Of a stretch of 45,949 bases of DNA, positions 1-12,230 are shown piece by piece. Under the pieces are notes generated by a model. It was not told where the DNA came from and ran no database searches. It saw only the letters and a list, made by a program, of their open reading frames with translations. The stretch lies in assembly GCA_000934665.2 (NCBI GenBank), contig KZ538825.1, positions 1 to 45,949 on the forward strand. Direction: 5' to 3'. This DNA comes from Catajapyx aquilonaris (taxonomy: Eukaryota). Each line of letters starts with the position of its first letter. The first letter of the stretch is position 1. The position numbers and the translations under genes are program-made.

Positions 1-822
1 TGACTTCAACGAACAGGTGTAAAATATTTTGTTTTCAATAAAATGATTTTTCCGGAGAACTATTTATTATTCGCCACAAAATGGGCCTCCCCGCCCCGGG
101 AGACACCGGCGCGGCGCCGTCGTGTGCCTCGACTCTGGCGGGACGGAGCGTTACTTGGAGGGCATCTCCTTTTCCGCCAATCTTTCAGGCGGGGCCAATC
201 GTGAGGGGCTTGGAGTGGGGGCTGGGGGAATCGGGCGGATGGGCCACGGCCCTCCTGTCTCCCCCCTCAGGCAAACAGGGACCCATCGGTGTACAACTAT
301 CCGTGTCCACCGGGCTCATGTATGGGGGGACCAATTGCAAAATCTCATCCCGACATCGTTGCCAATGGGGGAAAAGGCAGCCACGACCGTGCCCAGCAGG
401 GGCGGGAGGCACAGGCCCCCCACGCTGTCCCTCAACGAGCGCCTAGTCTCCCACGCAAGCCTCTGCCGGTATCCCCCACGCATATCTCCGCGCCAAATAA
501 AATGCATTGGGAGTATGGCTCCACGCGGTATCATTTTTCTGCTCGCAGGGGAAGTTCCCCATCTCGGCCGCGCTACCCTCCGAAAGGCCAACTCGTCGCC
601 CCCGCTATTACTTGTGAGCCCGGGTGTTATGGGGCAGGCTCCAACATGTTAATGCAAACAGGCCTGGTGAGGTCCGTGCGAGGGGCGGTTTAGCACCTAT
701 AGGCAGATGCGTGCCGCTGGCGCTTGACTTCAACGAAGAAGAACATGTGTAAAGTATTTTGTTTTCAATAAAATGATTTTTCCGGAGAACTATTTATTAT
801 TCGCAACAAAATGAGCCTCCCC
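1..822 (+). repeat. Two copies of a ~95-bp AT-rich direct repeat (1-92 and 725-822) separated by GC-rich sequence
   Basis: Shared tgacttcaacgaa...tattttgttttcaataaaatgatttttccggagaactatttattattcgc(c/a)acaaaatg(g/a)gcctcccc with few differences. Confidence 0.85.
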
Positions 823-1169
823 CTTTGCGACTCGTGGAGGTGCGGCCCATGTGATGAGCGTATTTGGGCAACTCCGGCCGAACTGTACACCTCCCGATCT
901 GGCCGGCAGGGAGGACCAAGCCCCCGGAACCCGATGCAGAAGCGAGGCCGGAGCTGCTTCTATTTAATACAGCAGGGCCAAATATGTTTGCATCATGCTC
1001 GCATTTTATTTTGTTTATTTCAATCGCCGCCATTGACAAAGGGCCCGTGTAAAGGTATTGCATAACGAGGAGTCTATGTGTGCCGCCAGCTGCGCGCACC
1101 TCCCACCATCTGTCAGCCGGATGGGGTGTTCGCCACGATGCGATGGCCGTGGGGGGATGGACGCACTTG

Positions 1170-1311
1170 CGCGTATTTATTCGCGAGGGAGAGAAATGCC
1201 ACTTTTTAAGAGTATCGCGCCAGCGAGAGGGGCGGGTTGGTTAGGTTAGGTTAGGTTAGGTTAGGATACTCTTAAAAAGTGGCATTTCTCTCCCTCGCGA
1301 ATAAATACGCG
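1170..1311. repeat. 47-bp perfect inverted repeat enclosing a (TTAGG)5 tract (MITE-like hairpin)
   Basis: 1170-1216 cgcgtatttattcgcgagggagagaaatgccactttttaagagtatc is the exact reverse complement of 1265-1311; TTAGG x5 at 1241-1265. Confidence 0.9.
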
Positions 1312-2569
1312 AATAAAGCGTGCGGCGTGCGCGGGCTGCATATAGGGCGCCTCCCAGCACCTCTCTTACAAGCCTTCGGGTTTTGGTCGTGATCCTTTGA
1401 TGCCCGCCTCCGAATCGGGAGGCCGTGGGTTCCAGCCCGGCTCGGCGCTGCAGGGGATTTTTCATTTCGCCACCGAGAGCGACGGTGCTGCCACTGCCGC
1501 GGGGGCCGCCGCTGCTTTTCAAAGCGTAGCTCCTCGGCGAGCCTCCTGATTGGCTGGAGACTCCGCCCACGCATATTTACTAGTTACAGAAACCGCCGCA
1601 GTAGCGCTTTGCCATGTTAACTCGCATAGACGGTGGCGACGCTTGTGGCATTTTATATGTGTCTCAGGAAGCCGCTCAATCTAACTACTAACTGGAACTG
1701 GTCAATCTTTTTGATTATCGCCACCACTATAATATATGAATGGGGAGAAAAAAGGCCAATTTGGGCCCGCTCCTGTTGCGGACCTAGTGGTCCAAATTTC
1801 ACGACAATTTATTTGTATGGTACCCGGGTGTGCCCCATCGCCGTATTAAAATTTCAAACTTGCAGCATTTTCCTGTGCCGAACTAGAAAATTCCGAAGTG
1901 TAGAGTACGAGTTGGCTCCAGTAAAGATACACGGCAGCGCGAGACGTAAGAGTAAAGGAGAGAAGGGGGGCTATAGTACGGGTCAGTGGCGGTGGAAGTG
2001 GCTGAGACTTGGCGGATGCACTGCCGTGCATCTTGATCCGAACAAAATCGGAGTGTCATCAGGCCTCCGGATAATCGAGGTTCACTCCCGAATTATCCGT
2101 GTTTTGCTACCTGAAAGTTGTGGCAGTCGCAGGAAATTGTTGAAGAAAGTGGGCAACAACCAGTATGTTTAAAATCAAGTAATTATTAATCTAAAGCATT
2201 AAAAAATACAGATATGTTTAAACAGTTTCAAACTCCGCAGTTACATCAACAATGTGCGCTTCCGTAGCCCTTTCCTTACTACTCTTGCTTGATTTGTCCG
2301 TGACGGAAAGCACGCCGTCTGAGTAGGAATGGCCCCGAGAAGTGACTATGCGGTCCTCTGGTTGTTCCGGAATTGGACTTCCTTCTGTCGGTCTTCCTCC
2401 AGGACTTCCTTCCGGTAGACCCTCATCGTCATGGTTTTCCTGATGAAGATCAGGACGCCAACCGTACGCACCAAAAGTTTGTGTGTAGGTACGACACTTA
2501 CACGCGAACACGCACTTGGGAGGACATAATTATATTGTTATCCCCTAATTAACACTTCCGGTCGGGATG

Positions 2570-3385
2570 CTTAAACGCACCCAGCCCAAGTGCACCCGGG
2601 ACGAAACTCCCCCGGCCCAAACGCACCCTGGAATGAATGCACTCGGCCCCTACCGCATTCAGCCCAAGTGCACCTCCTGTCCCAATGTCCTCCAGCCCAA
2701 AGTCTCCCAGCCTAGCCGCACTTCGGCCCGGCCGCATATGAGCTTTGCTTCACCCGGCCTAATCGCACTCGGACTTTGCCGCACCCAGCCCAGGAGCATC
2801 TGATCCAAGGTCCCCCAACCCAAAGTCTCCCAGCCTAGCCGCACTTTGGCCCGGCCGCACAGGAGTTTTGCTTCACCCGGCAATCCCAGCGATTTCGTCG
2901 TCTTTTCTTACGTGAAGATAGGGCTGTATCCGCTGACGATAGGCCTGTATCCGCTGAAGATAGGGCTGTATACGCTGAGGATAGGGCTGTATCGGGTGGG
3001 GTGCCTATCCACACACAGCCCAAGCGCAAACGAGACATAATACACCTGGCCCAAATGCACAGGGAATTAAGACACCCGGCCCAACGTCTATCGAGACCTA
3101 CCACACCTACACTAATTGCACATGAGAACTAATTCACCGAGCTTTGCTGCCCACAGGCCTAAACGCATTCAGCTCAAAAGCGCGCGGTAACAAACGCTCC
3201 AGGACTTTGCACCATTCGGACCAAGCGCATCTGTCCTAGCATCAAACTGTCTCAAACGCATTCGTGCTTTGCCACGACCGGACCAAGCGCACAAGGCCCG
3301 AAGTTTTTCCAGCCCATGCGCCTACGGGACATAACGCATACAGCCCAAACGCATCCAGCCCAATAGAGTCTGGGAACAAACGCAC
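2570..3385 (+). repeat. GC-rich modular repeat element built of gcacccagcccaa-like subunits, with an internal 21-bp tandem array
   Basis: Recurrent (c/g)gcacccagcccaa(a/g)(c/t)gca modules; near-duplicate blocks at ~2692-2758 and ~2815-2881; gaagatagggctgtatccgct x~3.8 at 2914-2993; colinear with the reverse complement of 11450-12230. Confidence 0.75.
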
Positions 3386-5996
3386 ACTGTTTGTTTTCCC
3401 TCTCAGCCTGCCACTTATTTCTCGCCCTGTTCCTGCCCTGTTCTCGACCAGTTACTGCTTCTTCTGCCTGACGCTAGAGGTCATGAGGTTTTCCGTAGCC
3501 GTAGTATGATACTGTCATTGTACAGTACAAGCAGTAGTTCCCAACCGGGTGACGAGTCCTGGACAAATCGCCCAAAAATATACCGCAAGGTCCACCCGAC
3601 ATCTGTTTCTTTCCTATGTCAATGGGTATCTCGAAATAGCAGGGTGAAAAATGCCGTCATAATAGTGGCAAAAACCGCGACATTGGAAACAGGAAAAGTT
3701 GAGATGTTAAAAATAGGCCAACTAACTTTTGCAAGGTCAATATTTTGACCTTTGACCGTTCTGGCGCGATAACTGATTTATGTTGATAAGCAATATACGG
3801 TAATTTATTCAGAAGGCTCTGGTTATTATAGTATACTATTCCTCAATTTATAAACCTAGCAAAATGCATTTGTTCGAGAAAAAGATTATCAATCCAGGGA
3901 TACCCAGAATATGGCTCCATGAATCGTATTTCCCCGAAATGTCGGACAATCCGGTGAATCTCGCACGTTTGAAGGATGAATCCCGCGTGAATATGGGGGA
4001 TCCTAGGTGAAACGACTGAAACCTTTAGCGTTTTTCGAGCATTAAGTCATGTTTGTAGCTATAAAAGGATAACTGAAAATGTGACTATTTGAACAATTTC
4101 AACGAATCGATTTTGAGTTCATTAGCTATTATGAAAAGGCTAAAACTCCTAAAAGATACTCATCCAGACTCAGAAAATTGCCCATCCTATTGGTTAATAT
4201 TACTAGCCAGTATTTTCTGCTACTAGCTTAATTTCGGACTGAATAGTAATGATGTGACTACACTTGCAATATATTGTATATGTAGTCTACGTAAAATCAG
4301 AAAAGTCATCTCAAAAAAAAATCTCGCTGTTCCCCAATGATGTCCCCCTTCCATTTCTGCCCCCTGGACCATCAACCCCACGGCCAGGATCAACCATACG
4401 ACACTCGCTGACCGCTCCCCGCAGGGGACATAGATTCCTTTCCCCTTCTTCACGGTATCACCCACAAAATACCTTTTCCCGCTTTTTCCAAAACAAGAAG
4501 TGTGCACTAAGGAATCCGTGGTCGCTTATTGCGATTGCGATTTAAATTATAATAAGCACTTCATTATGAGGTTCACTAGTGTTAATACTATAATATACTA
4601 TAATAATTAAATATCCAATTTTCTGTGCCAGCTTTTGTTGAATATGTGACAACAGTGCATCCCTTCCATTGAAAAGACGAATGAGTGCCCCCATCCCTAT
4701 AGAAAGGTCGGAGGACTCCGAACCACTTCTTCTGATTATCTACGGTCAGCACTGAGGGAGTGAGGGGAACGGGAAAAAGGGTGTGGGCATAACGGCATAA
4801 TATAAACTGGTAGCAATATCTGAAAAGGTGTCTCCTTCTGATGGTTAGAAGCAAAATCGGAAACAAGTTGCTAACAAGCCTTTTTAGACTAATTCGACCA
4901 CGCTCATTTCGAAAATCGCTGTTAGCACTCTGAATTTTGGGTCCTTGTTCCCCCAAAACAAGATGGCGTCCAAGATTACGACATTTCCCAAAATTACAAC
5001 GTTTTGGCGTGTTTTACCCTATATATAATAAATATCTCAAGCGAGGTATGGTTTTAGGGGTTTTCTGGGTCGCTAAGATCAGCCATGGGTGACCCAAGGC
5101 CCTATATGACGTCATTAGAGTCCGTAAATTTGAAACTACGGGTACTCTTGCGAATTTTAAAGGTCTTGCTTATAACACACACATAAGGCTGTCACAGAAT
5201 ACGTTTTGACTAGCAATATTTTAATTTATTATGACAAATGCATAGTCGAAGGATTGTAACCATCGCACAAGTCCAATAATTACTAGCGCGGCAAGCATTG
5301 TGTACCTGTGTATCTTTTGTATATGTGTACCTGTACGTACAGGGTGCGGAAACTTGGCGTGCATTCGCTTTTCGGAATGGTAGAGGGGTTCTATGCGATC
5401 ATTTTAAGTGTAGGTAATCGTGGGTCTCCGAAGTATAGTTACCGAAATAATTAGCATTAAATAAAAAGTGCGTTATAGCATATCTTCTATGCCTCGGATA
5501 CAGATTACGACGCTTCCATCGCCTAGGCCCTTGCCTGCTACACCTAATGGGATCGTAACTTAAAATTATACTATACATGGTAATACTTCACGATTAAAAT
5601 ATTTAACCTATCCTTCAATCAACTGATTCGATCCTAAGTTACTAAAGGCTGATTCAGAAACTCTGGGTGTCAGTTGTGATTAGAATGTGAGTAAATTGCG
5701 AGTCCTCCCCGACATGTTTATATGCATATGGATAGTCAGTATTGTCTGGATGGCTCCTATTTTCCCAGGTAACTTGGTTTTGATGCAACCATAATCTTTA
5801 AGCTAGCCTGATTATGCATCCATATGCATCATCCATTATGCAATCATACAATTTCAACATTTTTTTCGTTGTAAATAGGCCGATGTTTAAAATTGGACAT
5901 CTCGGGAACGAAGGGATTTAGCATGGACTATCCAAGCTGCTGGTAACTCATTTTTTGACATTTTCGAAGAGCCTAGTTTTGATAATGACCTACCGT

Positions 5997-6028
5997 NNNN
6001 NNNNNNNNNNNNNNNNNNNNNNNNNNNN
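5997..6028. other. Assembly gap (others at 8124-8153, 8555-8561, 28521-28523)
   Basis: N runs; the last three lie within poly-C tracts. Confidence 0.95.
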
Positions 6029-6184
6029 CGAGGGGCCAACAAATCAAAAAATAGTATGTTACAGCCGAAGTGATGTGAAAATAAGTCTGTTATATCAGGA
6101 ATAAAAACACACAGGGGCTTATGGAAGAATGCCAGGACCAGCCTTTCGAGTTGTAGCCGATGCTGTTATATCCGGAGTCAACTG
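6029..6184. mobile_element. pogo/Tigger-like MITE remnant (one end; other end in or beyond the N gap)
   Basis: Ends gctgttatatccggagtcaactg|ta; the ctgttata motifs are shared with the element at 19146-19340. Confidence 0.45.
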
Positions 6185-6984
6185 TATTATGTCCCCTAAA
6201 ACGAGGTTTTATTTAAACCGATATGGGACAATTCAATATTTAAACCCACTTTAAAAATAATCTCACTTTGCCAACTGATCCCTCTACATTTTTCAGCTTT
6301 CCTTACCATTTAGGCTAGGCTATGTGGTCTTTTAAAATCACATTGAAATAAAATTAACCATAGGTTCAAGTTCATGAAATCGTACGGATTCATCAAATTC
6401 GTCTCGTACTGTTTTCAAGGTAAACATTCCATAATAATATTTTAACGTATTTCATAATTAAATTAGCCTCACAGTTGCCCGGTACTTTACTTCAATTTCG
6501 AGTTTTACGGCAATATTCTACACGAGGAAAATAATTGTTTCCAGCACAATGTGCAGATTTCAGATCATGATCGCGTAAGTATGGTATGGCCGTTATTTTA
6601 TAAAATACCGTGCCCTTATCTTCAGAGTACGTGTAAGCGATGTGATGGCTGTATCAGGGTGTTTGTCACTAGTCCAGCCAACAGCCGTTGGCGTATTTCT
6701 TGGGCCAAAACAAGTCGAAAATGTAGTGAGGAGAAAAATGTCGAGGGACCAACTGTTATTAACGAGGTAGACGACCAGAAACATTAGGTGGTGGTTGCCC
6801 AAGTTGCAGGATATGAGCGGTGGTAATCACTTCTGTGAAAAAGGTGACATTGCAAATACAACCGACAACCATTGACCAATGTTTCTGGTCAAGAATCAGA
6901 AAAGTCGCATCTAAAAAAAATCGGCTCACTGTTCCTCAAATTCTTGCTTAATTGCTGACAGCATGATGTGCCCGAGTCCCCCTA

Positions 6985-7317
6985 CCGGAATAGAAGAATG
7001 TAGGTTGTCAGTGAATTTGGAAAAACCTCTTGAAGATTGTTCTTCACAATGAAATTGGCTACGTCAATTGGAAGAGAGTTGTTCACTAGAATTCGTATCA
7101 ACAGAAGTAGTTCTGAGAACAACTCTTCATCAATGTCATCAGAATAGCATTGCACTAATTATTTCTCAGCTGCTTTTACTACATCTTCCATGCGCAATTC
7201 GATGAGCCTTCTTGGGTAGAGGCACGCGAAAAGATGAGCAACTTCACGTAATCCAGTGAATCATTCTTGAAGACTTTGTTGAACAGAGTCCATCATGCAG
7301 TTGTACCAAGCTCTTGG
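6985..7317 (-). pseudogene. Decayed hAT-superfamily transposase fragment (ZMYM1/Tip100-like C-terminal region just before the dimerisation domain)
   Basis: Manual minus-strand translation, absent from the ORF track: WYNCMMDSVQQSLQE*FTGLREVAHLFACLYPRRLIELRMEDVVKAAEK*LVQCYSDDIDEELFSELLLLIRILVNNSLPIDVANFIVKNNLQEVFPNSLTTYILLF. Matches the hAT pattern D..SL..RF..L....F..L.P...A..L...Y..DI...L..E.....L..VFPN. In-frame stops at 7261-7263 and 7159-7161. Confidence 0.75.
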
Positions 7318-8627
7318 TTGTACACATTAAGGTTGCGATTCAGCTGAAGCCCCAGTGATGCAATATTTAAAATCAACCGTTCCATTTACATATTTAATTA
7401 TTGCAGATAACGTTAATATCACTTCTTCAAAGGGTTGCGTAAGGGGTGTCGTTTCAAAATTAATATACCGTATTTAACATGATTAAACCTGCCGCAAAGA
7501 AAGCTTTGAAATAAATTTTGGCGCCATATTAATGCTGAACAATTTATGAGAAAAAAAGTCACGATAGTTTCGTTGCGTAAAGAAATTTGTTCTTAAGGTT
7601 TCGTAAGGTATATTGTAACATGTATCATGTTATTATAATAATTTAACAATGAAAACCAATTTCCTAGCCAATTAAGATGGAATGTTTTTCTACAATTAAG
7701 TTGAATACTGGAATTAATTTTCCAAAAAATATATATAAGAAGCCACGAAAGATGGAACAATATTATATTTATTTTATTTAATATATGTCTAGTACAAGAT
7801 TGTTAAACTACATAATGTCGTCAGATAATTCTGCATGGATTTAGCTCTGCGTGTACAGATTATTGAACGAAATTTTCCCATGTTTTGTGGAAATCCACTA
7901 TCTTTCTGGTGCACCATCAAAAAATTATGAATAAAGAGTATTAAAGTCATAGTAATTTTTTAACGCTTTTACGGAAATGTTTGGTCAGCCCGACAGACAC
8001 TCCCGTCTGATGGTGTTGTCCCCTTTTACTCTCCCCTCCTTCCACATCGTGCCTCCTTCCCACTTTACCCTTTTAGTGTGCTTGCTAATAACACCTTGGG
8101 GCTAGTCCTTCCCCCCCCCCCCCNNNNNNNNNNNNNNNNNNNNNNNNNNNNNNCCCCCCCCCCCCCCCTTCCCCTTTATGACTGCCAGCAGTCCAGCGCA
8201 AGGCAACCCTTCAATTCAAAGTTTAGACCAGTTTTGAGGAATATATATCTGATTCCTTCTCCACTACCCTTTCTTGCTCTAAGTCAGTGCTATCCAATTT
8301 ATTTCGTTGCCGACCCCCAAAAAAACGTCTCGTAAAATTTGCGACCCCCTATATGCGCACATTTCGACCCGTCGACATGAAAAGACAGGTAAACAGTAAA
8401 ACCTACCTTATGGTCATAATTTTCCAGAAATTTAGCATCCTATGAATAAAAGACTATGTAGAAGGTGCTCATTTGAAGACATAAATGCAAGAGTAATGAG
8501 GAATCCAAACATAACAAGTGGTATCATGATGGGGGTCTTCCCCCCCCCCCCCCCNNNNNNNNCCCCCCCCCCCCCACAGATGCACCCCACAGTGATTACA
8601 CTGATCTGTATTTTGTGACTTTTTTTC

Positions 8628-9576
8628 TGTTGTTTTGAAATAAACAGGTGAATCCGAACGGAATTTCTCTGCAGATTACGAAAATGATATTGAAAAATCC
8701 GTGCCACGTCTAGTTTTCGAGTTACAGGGTGTATCATGAATTCACATGGGTATGTCCACTTGTCCAGCGCGTGACGTGGATGGAGTTGACCTACAGTAAC
8801 GTCCTTACACCACATTGTTGTGACACTCATCCTTGTTACGACCACCAAGAGTCATTCCGATTGCATCATTCCACTGGGATTTATGCACCTCAGAAGGTGT
8901 AAAAGTGTGGGTCGGAGGTGGATATCGTTGAACTTGCGGGCATCAAATAAAATCATCATTATGTAATTAATCGAGATAACATTAATTGTGATATTGTACG
9001 AAGAGTAGGTGGCGTATGATAGAGCATGATACCCCCCACCCATGGACAAAATGTGTAGTGTTGCATATACTTTGCGCCTTACCGATAAATTGCCTTTTGT
9101 GCATGGGTGGGGGGGGTCTCTTCCAAACGCTCCTGATCCATCTTGAATTGTCGGGCACTTTATTTGATGGTGGCGTATGATAGAGCATCGCCACTTACTC
9201 TTCGTACAATATCACAATTAATGTTATCTCGATTAATTACATAATGATGATTTTATTTGATGCCCGCAAGTTCAACGACATCCACCTCCGACCTACACTT
9301 TTACACCTTCTGAGGTGCATAACTCCCAGTGGAATGATGCAATCGGAATGACTCTTGGTGGTCGTAACAAGGATGAGCGTCACAACAATGTGGTGTAAGG
9401 ACGTTACTGTAGGTCAACTCCATCAACGTCACAAGCTGGACATGAGGATATACCTACGTGAATTTATGACACACCCTGTAACTCGAAAACTAGACGTGGT
9501 ACGGATTTTTCAATGCCCATTCTCGTAATATGCAGAAAAAATCCGTTCAGATAGACATTTCCATTTCAAAACAACA
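8628..9576. repeat. Long inverted repeat (arms ~8628-9014 and ~9189-9576, ~175-bp spacer); foldback-like
   Basis: The arms are reverse complements, nearly identical in the inner ~250 bp and more diverged outward; each arm contains a tacagggtgt Tc1/mariner-like end. Confidence 0.9.
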
Positions 9577-10708
9577 AAACCTTGCGTTTTAGTGTTATAG
9601 ATTTTTTTTGAGGAGCCTGATTTGTTTTTCAATTTTCAAAGACATACAGACAGGCAAAGATACGAGGGCTGTAAATAATATAGTGGTACTGTACCTATTT
9701 ATAATTACTTGGGACTGGAAATACATGGCAGCTTCAAACTTTCAGAGTCCTTCAATGTATAGTCACCAGCATTATTGCGTAACATCCGTCATTAGCGATG
9801 TGGAAGTCGAAGGATGCCATTGGCAGCCCTGGTATGGTTGTTGTTTCGTATAGAGCGGTCTAAAGCGCGAAGAAGGTCTGGGATAATTATAGTAGTCCAG
9901 TGCATTTAGTCGATTTTTACCCAAAACCTAGACATTTAGAGAACTAAACGAAACTTGGGATATAATGTTCAATATTGGTCCCCTGAACGATATCTGAAAG
10001 TTCCCAAGTGATCCCGCATGGGATTATCCTGGAATCATGCGAAAACTGTAACATACCTGCAGTTTTTCTTGAACCCTGATAGGAAGCGAACGCATGAACT
10101 TGGACACTCATTTCTTTTTACAAATTACGTGTTTTGACGTGTGTTGTCATTTAGAAAAAAATACCAACTATTTTGATTTAAACTTAATTATGTTACCCTG
10201 CAAAACCTATTCATTACATTAAATTTTTCTTGAACGCACTCAGGAAGGTAGTCTTATGCCGAATTTATTTTTTCATAGTGCCCCTTGTTTTGATTGTATC
10301 CCTTCACTTAGAGTCAGTGGCGATGGTTTGAGTGCCTGGATATCCTGCAGATTACCTGTAAAGCTCTTTGAACTCCGTCCAAACGGGCACACATTGTTGT
10401 ACGTATAAGCAGCAGTATAAACCCGGCCAACTACTCGGCTGATTTAATTATAAAATACGTTAAGATCGTATATATGTAATAACAACCTTGAGAACAGTGC
10501 CATGACAATCTGCTGAAATCGACGTACTCGCTCATTGTCCGGAGTGCAATGTACTGTAGGGCCTACTCGTATGAATTTACTGACACTTCATTGCAAATAC
10601 TGCGCAGCATGTGTGAAGAAAGAGTAAAGTATGATAATTATCGATAAGTTTGCAAATGTCAAAGCTCGAATCAGCCCACGGACACTACCCTATCTTCTGG
10701 GCTTATCA

Positions 10709-11001
10709 CCTGCCGAGGGGTTTTGCAGCGGGCGGTGCTCACCTGAGACCGCCATGAGACATTTCCCGGAGCAATCATGTGGCGACCCTACCGGACTAGG
10801 CTGAACTTTGTAGGTACGAAAGGGAAGCGCTACACGCTGGCCCAACATGGCCGCCGGCGGCCATGTTGGGTCCCCCAATGTAGCCCTCCCCTTTCGTACC
10901 TACAAAGTTCAGCCTAGTCCGGTAGGGTCGCCACATGATTGCTCCGGGAAATGTCTCATGGCGGTCTCAGGTGAGCACCCGCTGCAAAACCCCTCGGCAG
11001 G
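10709..11001. repeat. ~293-bp near-perfect palindrome with no central loop
   Basis: cctgccgaggggttttgcagcggg...cccaacatggccgcc|ggcggccatgttggg...cccgctgcaaaacccctcggcagg; symmetry axis 10855/10856. Confidence 0.92.
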
Positions 11002-11449
11002 GGGTGGGTGGGGAGTGACCTAACCTGAGTCTTCTATAACCATGGCTCGAATACTGCATTTGACGGCATATATAAGACACAGGGGCATTAAAAAATGATT
11101 TGCAGGTGTAATTAGCCAAAGAGGCCTTCACCTGTGGGCAACAAACCAACAAAGTCCGGCCCCCAGACCCAAACAGTCTGGTGTCGGGGCATGCGAAACA
11201 TTCCATTGATTCCAATCTATATTGTCTCAGGAGGAACCGGAGCCGACGCCCCAGGCCCCCGGAACCAGCATCAACCCAAGCCCCCCTGGGCCGGCACCCA
11301 GGGGGACCAACACGGGCATATAAGACGGACCCCCATTTTAGCAGATTATATTCAAGAAAAGCCGCAAGAGGCATCTCTCGGCGGAGCGAGTATTTACTCC
11401 CACTCCGTCCATGGGTTGGAAACAGAGAAATCCACTCAACTTCTCTGGG

Positions 11450-12230
11450 TGTGTTTGGGCCGGATGCACTTGGGCTGGTTGCGCATGGGACAGGAAGTGA
11501 CAAAGTCAGTATGCGTTTGTGTCTCTATGCGCTTGAGCTGGGTCAGGAAAAGCCCGAATTCGCTTGTTGCGGAATGCGATTGGGACGAATACGCTTGGTC
11601 CGAGTGCAGCAAAGCTCATGGGCATTTGTTACCGGGTGGCGCTTGGCTGTGTGCGTTTAGGCCGTGTGCGACAAGTCCGTTCGCGTTCGTTCCCATTCGA
11701 ATTTAGGCTCTGTGAGCTTGGGCTGAATGAGGTTGGTCTTGTTGCGTTTGTTAGCGTATGCGCTTAGGCTGATGCGCTTGGGCCGTGTGTGTTATTTCTC
11801 ATGTGCGCTTCGGCTGTGTGCGGTTATTCTATCAACCCGGCTGTATCCGCAACGAGTGAAGGTTAGGTTAGGTTGGGTTAGTACATCGTACTAAGCATAC
11901 TAAGCATACTAAGCAAAGCTTCGGTGCGGCTGGGCCGAAGTGCTGCTGGGCTGGGAGAATTTGGGCTGGGGGATCTTGGGGCAGGTGCGTTTGGGCTGGG
12001 TGCGGCAAAGACCGGTCGTGTTTGTTACCGAGTGACGCTTAGCCTGGGTGCGTTTAGGCTGGGTGTATTTGGGCCGAGTGCGGCCAAGACCGGGTGTATT
12101 TGTTCCCACATGCTCCTGGGCTGAGTGCGATTAGGGCTGGTGCGATCGTTACGGGGTGTGCTTGCGCTGGTGCGCTTGGGCCAGGTGTTTTATTTCTCAG
12201 GTGCGCTTGGGCTGGGTGCGGTTAGGCCTA
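11450..12230 (-). repeat. Second, diverged and inverted copy of the GC-rich modular element, with a TTAGG-like tract and short tandem in its spacer
   Basis: Reverse complement of 11911-12010 aligns with ~2775-2873 (ctttgccgcacccagccca...ctcccagcc...gcactt.ggccc.gccgcac...gctt); ggttaggttaggttgggtta at 11861-11880; tactaagca x3 at ~11889-11915. Confidence 0.75.

Noticed and set aside
1241..1265. True telomere
   Set aside because: Only five units, internal, and enclosed by an inverted repeat.
81..1574. Many overlapping GC-rich ORFs
   Set aside because: Open frames on both strands are expected at this GC content; products are Pro/Gly/Arg-rich with no recognisable motif.
2914..2993. 21-bp repeat array as a possible CRISPR
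   Set aside because: Units are contiguous with no unique spacers, there are no cas genes, and the context is eukaryotic; it is a minisatellite.
10967..11706. 178-190 aa ORFs on both strands
   Set aside because: They run into the palindrome and the modular repeat and show no domain. The minus-strand middle part (MPLAAFLEYNLLKWGSVLY...) looks mildly protein-like but cannot be supported without a search.
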